Below are positions 39,145-47,841 of a DNA stretch of 64,000 bases, piece after piece. Each line of letters starts with the position of its first letter. The stretch's first letter is position 1. Source of the DNA: Armatimonadota bacterium (GTDB taxonomy: Bacteria > Armatimonadota > UBA5829 > DSUL01). The stretch covers positions 128,001-192,000 of the forward strand of contig JBDHZC010000005.1 in the NCBI GenBank assembly GCA_039811685.1. Reading direction: 5' to 3'. The notes under the pieces were generated by a model. That model worked only from the letters and a program-made list of their open reading frames with translations. It did no database searches and was not told the origin of the DNA. The translations under genes and the position numbers were made by a program.

Positions 39145-41331
39145 TCAGGAGAACAGATCCAGGCTCTGCTGGCCGTCCAACTCCTGCTTGATGGGCCCTC
39201 GCGGACTGGGGCAGAGAAGCTCGAAGCGATCCTCCAGGGCTGGCGCAAGGCGCTGTGCGAACTTGTACAGCTTGTCCTCAAGGTACTCACGGTCTTCATC
39301 CGAGGCGTAGTCTTCAAGGCGCGCCAGCGTCCCGTCCAGCCGCCGGTAGAGCCGCACGTACTCCCCGCGCTCCGCGCCCTGCAGCGCTTTCTGCGCCCGT
39401 TGAAGCGAGCGCCCCTGCAGGCTCTTCTCCGTTACGCGCTCGCGTCGGGCGAACTCCTCCGGCCTCAGCTCTCCGCGATGAATGCGGCGCAGGCACGCCA
39501 TGTACAGCGCTTTGATCTCTTCCGTGCGGCCGTCCGCTATCAGGTCTACGGCTTCCGTGAGAAACTGCTGCCCAAAGCGCTCATCGGCGCGCGAGCGCAG
39601 CGCCGCTCCCCGGTAAATGCGCCGCCCATCATAGCCCAGCAACACATAGTTCTTGACCTTCAGAGAGATCATCGCCTTCCAGCGTCCGTCATGCGCCAGA
39701 TGGATGGCCTCCGGCAGAACGCGGGCGACGCTTCGGATATAGTCCTCTTCTTCAGCTTCGGACACCGCCTCCCGGGGAGGCTGGAAATACACGCCGTCCG
39801 TGTCCACTTCGATAACAGAGCTGCCGGTGCGCTCCAGCTCAGCCTCGACCGCCCGGATGATCTCCTGTCCGCCCAGTGTGACGCGCTCGGCGGCGTCAGG
39901 GTCGTTGAACAGAGAGTTCGTGCCCAGATAGCCGTAAAATGAGTTGATGAGGATCTTGAAGGACGCCTGAAGCCCGTCCCAGTAGGTGCGCTCGGCGCCC
40001 TGCGTGGCTGCCTTCCGGGCCTTGGCGTCCAGACGGCGGCGGGTCAACTCTCTCAAGAGCGGCAGGAAGACGCCGAGAGTATCTGAGGATGGAGCGATGT
40101 TGCGCGAGAGCATGAGGCTCGGATACAGGCTCTCGACGTCGGCCTTCACCACGCGCTCAATCAGCCCCGTGCGCTTCAGCTCTGTGTAGCCGCCTGTTAC
40201 GGTGCGCCCTGGCTTCGGCACGGGCAGCGCGCGTCTCTGACGCAGGTATTCGCGCACAAGCAGCAGATTGATCTTCTCGCCCGTGCCGCCCGTAGCATTG
40301 GCCTGATAGGTGTCGGGGACCATCTGGCTGACGTAGAAGTCCGGGGGCATCACAATCCGCGCAAGCTCACCCGTTTCGTACACGTCCTGCAGAGCGTAGG
40401 CTTTGACGCGCTCGGGATCTTCGCGCCAGAGCCGCTCCATGTTCTTGGCGTCCAGATAGACCCTGTCTTCCGGCGCAATCCCAAGCTGGATGGCGACGTC
40501 TTTCAGCCCGTGGCTGGTAAGCTCACCGCGCGCCACGTCGTAGCGCTGCACTCCAAGCAGGGTGTCAATGATGGAGCGCCCCTGAATGTGCACGGGAATG
40601 TAGGGGCGCGTGATGCCGCCGAAGGGCATGTTGCGCTCCTGTCCGAAGCAGGGCAGGCTGAGGTCCCGGCCCCAGCGCATCTCTGCGCCGCACGCCTCAG
40701 CCCGCGCCGCAAGAAACGGCATATCGAAAGAGTAGAAGTTGTGCCCTTCGATGATGTCCGGATCGCGCTCGGCGATAATGGCGTTCAGGCGCTCGAAAAT
40801 CTCCGGCTCATCGCCCGCGACCGCCTCCTGAAATCCCCTGTTGTCCGACACCGCGACCATCAGGCACTTGGCTCCGGGACTGCGCGGTCCCAGCGCGTTC
40901 GTCTCGATGTCAATCTGCATGCGGCGTGGGCCGTCAAAAGCCATCCCCTTGAAAAATGTGATGCCAGTCGAGATGAGAAACTGCCGCTGGAGAGATGGGT
41001 AGGCCACGATACCGGCGTGTGCCTCGCGCAGAGCGTCGCGTGCGCTATGAAAGTCGTCCTCGCCGTCAAACTGATAAAGCCAGCAGTGCCCTGTGCCGTC
41101 CAGATGCGTCACATCGCCAGGCGCTTCGCTCAACTGTTGAGCGCTGAGCAGCCAAGGGCGCCACGGGACTTCATCAACTTCGAGCTCATCGTTTATACGC
41201 CGGTAGAGAAGCGCAACTGGAGTCCGGGCTTCCAGTCCGACGACGCCCTCCAGAGTGTTGGCTCCGGATAGAGCAGGATTAGCTGATGCTTTGTCGTCAA
41301 GCGCCATCTCAGAATCGTTGTAACTGTCCAT
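39145..41331 (-). CDS. polB: Family B DNA polymerase with 3'-5' exonuclease
   Basis: Exo DIE / N...FD / Y...D; Pol DVESLYPS, KILINSFYG, DTDG; C-terminal QSLDLF clamp-binding-like motif. Confidence 0.9.
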   Translation of the reverse strand: MDSYNDSEMALDDKASANPALSGANTLEGVVGLEARTPVALLYRRINDELEVDEVPWRPWLLSAQQLSEAPGDVTHLDGTGHCWLYQFDGEDDFHSARDALREAHAGIVAYPSLQRQFLISTGITFFKGMAFDGPRRMQIDIETNALGPRSPGAKCLMVAVSDNRGFQEAVAGDEPEIFERLNAIIAERDPDIIEGHNFYSFDMPFLAARAEACGAEMRWGRDLSLPCFGQERNMPFGGITRPYIPVHIQGRSIIDTLLGVQRYDVARGELTSHGLKDVAIQLGIAPEDRVYLDAKNMERLWREDPERVKAYALQDVYETGELARIVMPPDFYVSQMVPDTYQANATGGTGEKINLLLVREYLRQRRALPVPKPGRTVTGGYTELKRTGLIERVVKADVESLYPSLMLSRNIAPSSDTLGVFLPLLRELTRRRLDAKARKAATQGAERTYWDGLQASFKILINSFYGYLGTNSLFNDPDAAERVTLGGQEIIRAVEAELERTGSSVIEVDTDGVYFQPPREAVSEAEEEDYIRSVARVLPEAIHLAHDGRWKAMISLKVKNYVLLGYDGRRIYRGAALRSRADERFGQQFLTEAVDLIADGRTEEIKALYMACLRRIHRGELRPEEFARRERVTEKSLQGRSLQRAQKALQGAERGEYVRLYRRLDGTLARLEDYASDEDREYLEDKLYKFAQRLAPALEDRFELLCPSPRGPIKQELDGQQSLDLFS

Positions 41332-41860
41332 GAATATCTTCTGTTTGAGAGCCTTCGGGTAGCGTCACCTGTCACGGCTATTGATGCTTTACTGATGGCC
41401 TGTCCCGCCGCAGTTCTGCTCAAGTGAGTGCCTGCTGGGCCATATTCCGTAACTCAACACGCCGAATTTTGTGCGGATTTCCGGTCCAAATGGAACACGG
41501 GTATTGCCTCAGTCGTTCTACATGTAACGCTGAGCGGGCAGTTTTTGTTAGTAGAGCTGCCACTAAGTGTTATGTTCATTTGAAAAGACTCCGGTTCAAT
41601 TTGTAAGCTCGGAGTGCAGGGTGAGGCAATGGGTCTGGAGTCTCGCTTTCATCCGCTCCTGAAAGTGTATGCTCCAACGCCTGCGCAGCAGTGAACACGT
41701 GGTCATTGTCTTGCAGGCGACGATCGTGGCCGCCGTCGGGATGACTTCTGGAGATGTAAGTCTGGGGAGGAAGCCATCGGAATTATCATTTCTACTTATT
41801 TCCCTTCCCACCTTCTTCCAGCGGTCCGCCTGTACGAGCTTCAAAGAGGAGGCGGTTTGC

Positions 41861-42748
41861 ATGGCAGCGAAGCGCGTAAGAACTTATCAGGAGCACGATA
41901 GCTCCTGCGCCCACAAACGCGTCGAGCTTGACCCCACAGATGCTTACCTCAACCAGATAGGACAATCCCGTCTTCTGACCCGGCAGGAAGAGTTGGATCT
42001 TGCGCGCCGGGTGCGGGTTGGTGACGAGTTGGCTCGCAGACGTCTGGTGGAGAGTAATCTGAGGCTGGTTGTCAGTGTGGCAAAGGGATACCTGCGGAGT
42101 GGGTTGCCCTTTGGAGACTTGATTCAGGAAGGAAATCTCGGTCTGATCAAGGCGACAGAAGCCTTCGACTGGCAGAGAGGGTTCCGGTTCAGCACTTATG
42201 CGGTAGCGTGGATTCGGCAATCCATTTCGCGCGCGATTGAGAAGCAGAGCAGGTGTATTCGCCTGCCGTCCTACGTTATCCAAACTCTCCGGCGCCTCAG
42301 CCGGGAGCAGGAGAGACTGTCTCAGGAACTCGCCAGGGATCCTGTCCCTGAGGAGCTGGCACAGCGGGTAGGTTTGTCGTCAGACAAAGTCCGGAGGATG
42401 CTGCGCGCGCAGGATCTTGTGCTTTCGCTCGATGACAGGGCCAGTGATGACGACGAAATGCCGAGTATTCTCGAGAGTGTGCCGGGGTCTGACGATCCCG
42501 CTGTTCTGGCGCTGGAGGATGAGGCGGATGACTATCTGATGCGTTTGCTTGGCGTTCTGTCGGCCAAAGAGCGAACAGTTATTGATTGCCGGTTTGGTCT
42601 TTCCGGCGACCAGAAGATGACATTGCGGGAGGTGGGAGAGCTGTTGAATCTGACACGTGAGCGCGTCCGGCAAATTGAGACCAAAGCCTTGCAGAAGATG
42701 CGGATGGCGGCGGGCAGATACGCATTGCGGCACTATTACAGTGCTTAG
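41861..42748 (+). CDS. RNA polymerase sigma-70 factor, RpoD/RpoS-like, lacking region 1.1
   Basis: [59 protein letters not shown]. Confidence 0.92.
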   Translation: MAAKRVRTYQEHDSSCAHKRVELDPTDAYLNQIGQSRLLTRQEELDLARRVRVGDELARRRLVESNLRLVVSVAKGYLRSGLPFGDLIQEGNLGLIKATEAFDWQRGFRFSTYAVAWIRQSISRAIEKQSRCIRLPSYVIQTLRRLSREQERLSQELARDPVPEELAQRVGLSSDKVRRMLRAQDLVLSLDDRASDDDEMPSILESVPGSDDPAVLALEDEADDYLMRLLGVLSAKERTVIDCRFGLSGDQKMTLREVGELLNLTRERVRQIETKALQKMRMAAGRYALRHYYSA

Positions 42749-42759
42749 TAAGGAAGAGT

Positions 42760-43023
42760 ATGAGCAGCGAAACGGAAAAGGAAGGCGCTTTCGAAGCGCC
42801 TTCGGAATCAACGCATAAGAAGCGCACAAACCTGCTGACTGAGCGTGAAGTCGAGATACTCAAGCTTATCTTTGCTGGCAATCCATCCAGTGACGTCGCA
42901 CGGGCGCTATGTGTCTCAAAGAGAACTGTTGACTTCCACCTGAGCAAGGCTTACGGAAAGCTGGGCGTGTCCAACCGCGTTCAGGCGTTCAAGAAGGTAA
43001 CGGAGTTGGGACTGGTCCTTTAG
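42760..43023 (+). CDS. Stand-alone LuxR/GerE-type HTH regulator
   Basis: LTEREVEIL...G....VARAL.VSKRTVDFHL...YGKLGV.NR; no sensor or receiver domain. Confidence 0.9.
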   Translation: MSSETEKEGAFEAPSESTHKKRTNLLTEREVEILKLIFAGNPSSDVARALCVSKRTVDFHLSKAYGKLGVSNRVQAFKKVTELGLVL

Positions 43024-43053
43024 GACTTTGTTTCACTTGACTGGCATTGCGCG

Positions 43054-43078
43054 GGCGGCTCTTCGGAGCCGCCTTTTT
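43054..43078 (+). terminator. Intrinsic terminator after sigma-luxR
   Basis: GGCGGCTC-TTCG-GAGCCGCC followed by TTTTT. Confidence 0.85.
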
Positions 43079-43227
43079 GCTTTTTGCGAAGAGTCCCCGT
43101 GGTAATACCTGAATTTGCTGAGGTTGCTCCCGCGCAACCAGTGGCGTGGTATCATGAGGCTGCATGGTCTGTGTGTGTCGAATCCGGAGTGGGCAAGACC
43201 CACGCGTAGTGGTCAAGTTTGCTCCGG

Positions 43228-43248
43228 CAGAATTTACTGAAAATTCTG
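43228..43248. promoter_or_regulatory. Perfect inverted repeat CAGAATTT-N5-AAATTCTG abutting the -35 box
   Basis: 8-bp perfect arms ending 2 nt before TTGACA. Confidence 0.6.
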
Positions 43249-43250
43249 TG

Positions 43251-43279
43251 TTGACAATGACACAGCGCCATGTTAGGAT
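43251..43279 (+). promoter_or_regulatory. Sigma-70-type promoter
   Basis: TTGACA-N17-TAGGAT with extended -10 TG. Confidence 0.7.
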
Positions 43280-43285
43280 TTAGTT

Positions 43286-43409
43286 ACCAGCATACGCACT
43301 GTCTGGATATCGGCGAAGGTTAGAGCACGATTACACGCTTCGGTTTCCGTAATTGGCTCATCTAACCAGGCTTCTATCCCACCGGTCCAGATGGCGTATC
43401 GGTTTTTTT
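43286..43409 (+). ncRNA. Candidate structured RNA (sRNA or attenuator) in the PEP-CTERM gene leader
   Basis: Nested stems ATACGC/GCGTAT, TGTCTGGA/TCCAGATG, GGTTAGA/TCTAACC, GATTAC/GTAATT followed by T7. Confidence 0.45.
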
Positions 43410-43704
43410 CCCTGAGTGAGGGTCCGTTTGTCAGGCTGGCCTTGTTACACTGCTATGTGTGCAGCGCAAGGTTAGTAAGGGACAGTGGACGGCCGCGAAC
43501 AACCACGGCGCTGCTGGCTGCCTGACACTTGTCTGCTGCTATTTTAGCGGGGAAGACAACCCTCGGTTCGCGACTGGCGGACGAGTTGGGTTCTTACGAA
43601 GGGGTAAGAGGCTAAGCTGGTTCGGATCCTCCAGCTATATTTTTGGCTGGGACATCCAGATCAGTCAGATCTGACTTAACAAGCAGAAGGAGGACTCTCA
43701 ACAA

Positions 43705-44466
43705 ATGAACAGGATGCTTACTGTTTCCTGCTTGGCCGGCATCTTGGTTTCTGCAATTGCCATCGGCGCACAGGCAAGCCAGGACAACTGGAATGTCAAG
43801 TTCCAGGGCGGAACTGCGTTTACCACTATCCCGACGGACTCGGCCGGCGCAGCGTTCGCCTTTAGCAGCACATTGGCCGGCATTGTGGATGACACTAGCG
43901 TACTCGACCCAAAGGACGGTAAAACTACACCATCCGCAATGCAGCCCGTTGTAGCGACTGCCTGGTATCGTCCAGCGTGGACAAAGAACGACCCAACAGA
44001 CAACCAAGCTGCTCCTTGGGCTTTTCAGCAGGACTATCGCACGCCGCTGACGAATGCGCCGCAATACATTAAGGTGTGGGAAGATCTGGTTCTGTGGACC
44101 ACATTCGGGTGGAACGCTACGGAGAATCCGACGATCAATCTCTATGTGACACCCGCGACTGGGGCCAACGCACCACCTACAGCTATCAATGGTCAGCCGA
44201 TCATCTTCAAAGTTGTGATGACTCAGAGCCCCGCAGGTTACGATGGGCCGAGAGAGTGGACGATCAATTCCAGTGGTATGACGACAATCGGACCGCTGAC
44301 CTCTGTCGGAACCTCGGCGAGTAATCCGATCTCTGGAAGCGGCCCACTGGCTGCTACCCAGAACGCTGGTTATCGCTTCAACTTCGTGACTCCTGAGCCT
44401 GGTAGCATTCTGGCTCTGGGCGCCGGACTGGTTGGCTTTGCCGGCCTGCTTCGCCGCCGCAGCTAA
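43705..44466 (+). CDS. PEP-CTERM sorting domain surface protein
   Basis: AAGGAGG RBS; signal peptide ending AQA; T/P/N-rich body; TPEPGSILALGAGLVGFAGLLRRRS. Confidence 0.9.
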   Translation: MNRMLTVSCLAGILVSAIAIGAQASQDNWNVKFQGGTAFTTIPTDSAGAAFAFSSTLAGIVDDTSVLDPKDGKTTPSAMQPVVATAWYRPAWTKNDPTDNQAAPWAFQQDYRTPLTNAPQYIKVWEDLVLWTTFGWNATENPTINLYVTPATGANAPPTAINGQPIIFKVVMTQSPAGYDGPREWTINSSGMTTIGPLTSVGTSASNPISGSGPLAATQNAGYRFNFVTPEPGSILALGAGLVGFAGLLRRRS

Positions 44467-44502
44467 GCTCACTTAGCGCGAGTCAAATATCCAGTTGAAC
44501 TC

Positions 44503-44533
44503 AGCCGCCCCGGATATTCCGGGGCGGCTTTTT
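44503..44533 (+). terminator. Intrinsic terminator
   Basis: AGCCGCCCCGGA-TAT-TCCGGGGCGGCT followed by a T run. Confidence 0.85.
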
Positions 44534-44746
44534 CTATGTAATCGGGTTGGGGTAATCTGGCGCAATAACGCCGGGTCACCCGGCGATAGTGACACCTTGA
44601 CCTTGTTCTGGCCAGCTCCTGATTTCGTGCCCGGCGTGGTATAATGCCGCCTGAGCTCGTGTTGCGAGGTCGCAGACGCGTTGAGCGCCGCCCAAGCGCG
44701 GGTGCGTCGCGCTAGTCTGGTGAATCCATCCGTCGAGGAGGTCGGT

Positions 44747-46555
44747 GTGTTGAATACAGTAGTCGTCGTTGCCATTGCTGTCTGCGCTCTGGGTCTGGTT
44801 GGGAAACCGTCTCAAGGCGCAAAGGAGATTCAGCTTACAACCGCTGGGAATACCGACTACGTGGTTGTCCTCGGACGAGGCGCCACTCCCTCGGAGAAGC
44901 ACGGGGCGCAAGAGCTTGCGCGCTTTCTCAAACAGATGTCCGGAGCTGAGTTTCAGCTCAAAGCTGAAGAGGCAGTGTTGCCGCAGAAGTGTCTCTTCGT
45001 CGGCCACGGCCCTACGGCTGAAGATATGCTTGGCGCTGGCGCTTTGCGAGGGTTGGGCAGTGACGGGCTGGTAGTGAAAGCTGTGGGGGATCGGATCGTC
45101 CTCAGCGGGGGTGCTGAGCGCGGGACGATGTATGCGTGCTACAGTCTGCTGGAGGACGTGCTGGGCTGCCGGTGGTACTCCAGCACAGTCAGCGTCATTC
45201 CGAAGAAGCTGACAATTCGCATCCCTGCGAACATCAATCGGCGCGAGATTCCTGCCTTTGAAAACCGCGACCCGTTCTACACAGATGCTTTTGACGCCGA
45301 TTGGGCGGCGCGCAACCGTTCAACTTCCAGCGCTTCCAGGCTGGATAAAAAGCGCGGAGGCAAAATAGCCTACTGGCCGTTTGTGCACTCGTTCAACCTC
45401 CTCGTGCCGCCACAAGACTATTTCGACTCCCATCCTGAGTATTTTTCTCTGGTGAACGGCCAGCGCCAGAAGGACTATTCTCAGCTCTGTCTTACGAATC
45501 CAGATGTTGTGCGGATCGCTACAGCGCAGGTTATGAAGTGGATTGACGAGCACCCGGAGGCCAAAATCATCTCCGTTTCACAGAATGACTGGGGCGGGGC
45601 GTGTCAGTGTGAGAAGTGTCAGGCTATCGTCAAGGCTGAAGGCTCCGAAAGCGGTCCGCTGCTTGCGTTTGTGAATCAGGTAGCCGAGCAGGTAGCGCGT
45701 AAGCATCCGGACAAGCTCATAGACACCCTTGCCTACCAGTACACCAAAGATCCTCCGAAGACCATCAAGCCACTGCCAAACGTGCGCGTCCGGCTGTGTC
45801 CCATTGAAGCGTGCGTCGGGCACCCGTTCGAAGAGTGCGAGCAGAACAAGCTGTTCGTAGATCTGCTCCGGAAGTGGAGCAGCCTGACCGGCAACCTCTA
45901 TGTCTGGCACTATGTGACAAACTTCGCGAACTACATGCAACCCGTTCCGAACTTCAAAGAGCTGGAAGCAGATATTCCGATGTACCACCGGATGGGTGTG
46001 AAAGGCCTGATGCTCCAGGGTAACTATCAGGAGGGGGGCAACGGGGAGTTCTCCGAGATGCGGGCGTGGGTGGAGGCGAAGATGCTGTGGGACCCGTCCC
46101 GGGACTTCGATGCGCTGGTGGGCGACTTTCTGGCTGGCTATTACGGCCCGGCCGCGCCCGCGCTGCGCAAGTACTACGACCTGATGCACTCCAGGGTAAT
46201 GGATAACCACATCCACGTGCATATCTACGATCCCCCCAGCGCTCCCTATCTGGATAGTGAGACGCTTGCGGCAGCGGAAGGGTGCTTCGAGGAGGCGCAA
46301 AGAGCGGCCCGGATACATCCCGAGTATCTCAGGCGTGTGAAGCGCGATGCTCTGTCGTTGCGCTATGTGCGGTTGTGTCAGGACAAGGCAGCGTGGGAGC
46401 AGTCCGGAAAAAACGCGGAACAGGCTGCGGGCCTGTGGCGGCGGACGAAGGAGTTTTGTGAAGAGTTCGCCTCCTACGGCGCGGTGTGGATTCGCGAAGG
46501 TCAGAGGCTGGATGCCTGGGAGAAGGAGTGGCAGGCACAGCTTGCCACGAATTAG
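44747..46555 (+). CDS. Secreted DUF4838-type protein (putative glycoside hydrolase)
   Basis: GAGGAG RBS, signal peptide, GT.YA.Y.LLE..LGCRW, HPEYF, QLCLTNP, SVSQND, TLAY. Confidence 0.75.
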   Translation: MLNTVVVVAIAVCALGLVGKPSQGAKEIQLTTAGNTDYVVVLGRGATPSEKHGAQELARFLKQMSGAEFQLKAEEAVLPQKCLFVGHGPTAEDMLGAGALRGLGSDGLVVKAVGDRIVLSGGAERGTMYACYSLLEDVLGCRWYSSTVSVIPKKLTIRIPANINRREIPAFENRDPFYTDAFDADWAARNRSTSSASRLDKKRGGKIAYWPFVHSFNLLVPPQDYFDSHPEYFSLVNGQRQKDYSQLCLTNPDVVRIATAQVMKWIDEHPEAKIISVSQNDWGGACQCEKCQAIVKAEGSESGPLLAFVNQVAEQVARKHPDKLIDTLAYQYTKDPPKTIKPLPNVRVRLCPIEACVGHPFEECEQNKLFVDLLRKWSSLTGNLYVWHYVTNFANYMQPVPNFKELEADIPMYHRMGVKGLMLQGNYQEGGNGEFSEMRAWVEAKMLWDPSRDFDALVGDFLAGYYGPAAPALRKYYDLMHSRVMDNHIHVHIYDPPSAPYLDSETLAAAEGCFEEAQRAARIHPEYLRRVKRDALSLRYVRLCQDKAAWEQSGKNAEQAAGLWRRTKEFCEEFASYGAVWIREGQRLDAWEKEWQAQLATN

Positions 46556-46606
46556 CAAGCTAAGTATTCTTGGCAAGCCAAGCCTTCTTGGCAAGCCAAG
46601 CCTTCA
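46553..46606. repeat. Three tandem 18-bp units containing the palindrome CTTGGC-AA-GCCAAG
   Basis: tagcaagctaagtattct / tggcaagccaagccttct / tggcaagccaagccttca. Confidence 0.8.
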
Positions 46607-46679
46607 TCAGGCGACCATGAGTGCTGCTGCGCCGTGTGAAGCTGCCGCGCGCCTGCACCCAGGTAAGGTTCGATCTGCG

Positions 46680-47192
46680 ATGAGGCGCTGCGTTTGGATG
46701 GCCATGGCCATAGCGATCCTCGGTGGCTGCGCGCGTGACACAACACAGCGCTTTGAAACGATGGGCAAGAGCGCCACTGTTGAGCAGAAGGGCGACTCGA
46801 CGCGGGTTACTGTTGAAGGACTGGGCGCCAACAGCCGCGTCATTGACATCAAGCCCCAGGAAGTGATGAGCGAGCTGGCAATCCCACGCTATCCCGGCTC
46901 CACACTGGTACCAGGTTCTGAGCAGTGCGCTGTTGACAGGGATTCCGGTGACCGTGGGTGCCGGGCCGACCTGCGAGTCAACGCACGCTTTGACGATGTC
47001 GTGACTTTCTACAAACAGCGTCTAAAAGCCAGCCCCACAACGATCAGTGTCGGTGGGATGCGCACGGCGCTCATGGTCAAGAGTGAGGGTCTCTCCACGC
47101 GCAGTGTCACTGTCAGTCAGCGTGGCGGGACTGGGGATGTCCGCCTCCTCTTGCTGAGAATTGAGCGGGCTGCGCCGTCAGCGCGAAAGTAA
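46680..47192 (+). CDS. Putative lipoprotein
   Basis: MRRCVWMAMAIAILGG-C lipobox; start moved downstream from the ORF start at 46347. Confidence 0.7.
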   Translation: MRRCVWMAMAIAILGGCARDTTQRFETMGKSATVEQKGDSTRVTVEGLGANSRVIDIKPQEVMSELAIPRYPGSTLVPGSEQCAVDRDSGDRGCRADLRVNARFDDVVTFYKQRLKASPTTISVGGMRTALMVKSEGLSTRSVTVSQRGGTGDVRLLLLRIERAAPSARK

Positions 47193-47253
47193 CGTCAGAT
47201 GCGAAGATCAGGAGGGCGAGCTAGTCTCCGCTGGCGACGGCGTCCCGGAGGGC

Positions 47254-47661
47254 TCAGGCGGCCCTGCGGGTCTCCATAAGTCTGTGCGCCATTGAAATCA
47301 GCGCCTGTTTGTCTTCGATGGGTTTGGAGAAGTAGTCGTCTGCGCCGGAGAGCTCGAGAAAGTGCTCCCTGTCTCCACGCATCGCGTGTGCGGTCGTCAG
47401 GATAATCGGGATGGAAGACGTCTTTGTGTCACCTTTGAGGAGTCTGCACATATCCACGCCGTCTACCAGACGGCCCTGATATTGCGTGTTGGACAGCGAA
47501 ACATCCATCAGAATGAGGTCAACCGTTCCGCTGGAGGCTATCTCCATCACTTCGCTGGCGTCCTCAGTCACAGTGACGTCGAATGCACCGACTCTATTCA
47601 AGACAAGCTCGAAGAGCTTCGCGTTTGCTCTGTCGTCTTCAACCACCAGAATATGAGGCAT
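47254..47661 (-). CDS. Single-domain response regulator (DivK/CheY-like)
   Basis: VEDD, LMDVSL, TTAHAM, SKP. Confidence 0.9.
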   Translation of the reverse strand: MPHILVVEDDRANAKLFELVLNRVGAFDVTVTEDASEVMEIASSGTVDLILMDVSLSNTQYQGRLVDGVDMCRLLKGDTKTSSIPIILTTAHAMRGDREHFLELSGADDYFSKPIEDKQALISMAHRLMETRRAA

Positions 47662-47841
47662 GTAATCCTTTACTCCCCTTCGGATCGAATTCGTTGCACC
47701 CGTGCTGCAGGGCGCTGATTTTCGTAATAGTTATGCTCGATTGAGCGCGGTGTCTTACTATATTTTTTTGTCTGCGCAACCGATGTCGCACCGGGCGCGC
47801 AAGCGTACCTCACGCAAGCATTTTTAGGCTACGGCGCCCGC

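Noticed and set aside
39145..41331. Prophage, casposon or pipolin around polB
   Set aside because: No integrase, Cas1, terminal repeats or structural genes; the clamp-binding motif suggests a cellular role.
41693..41704. GAAC-ACGT-GGTC as a Gram-positive-type LexA box for polB
   Set aside because: One mismatch, about 360 nt from polB, and I saw no similar boxes at the other repair genes.
46553..46606. Mini CRISPR array
   Set aside because: Units are contiguous without spacers, too short, and no cas genes are present.
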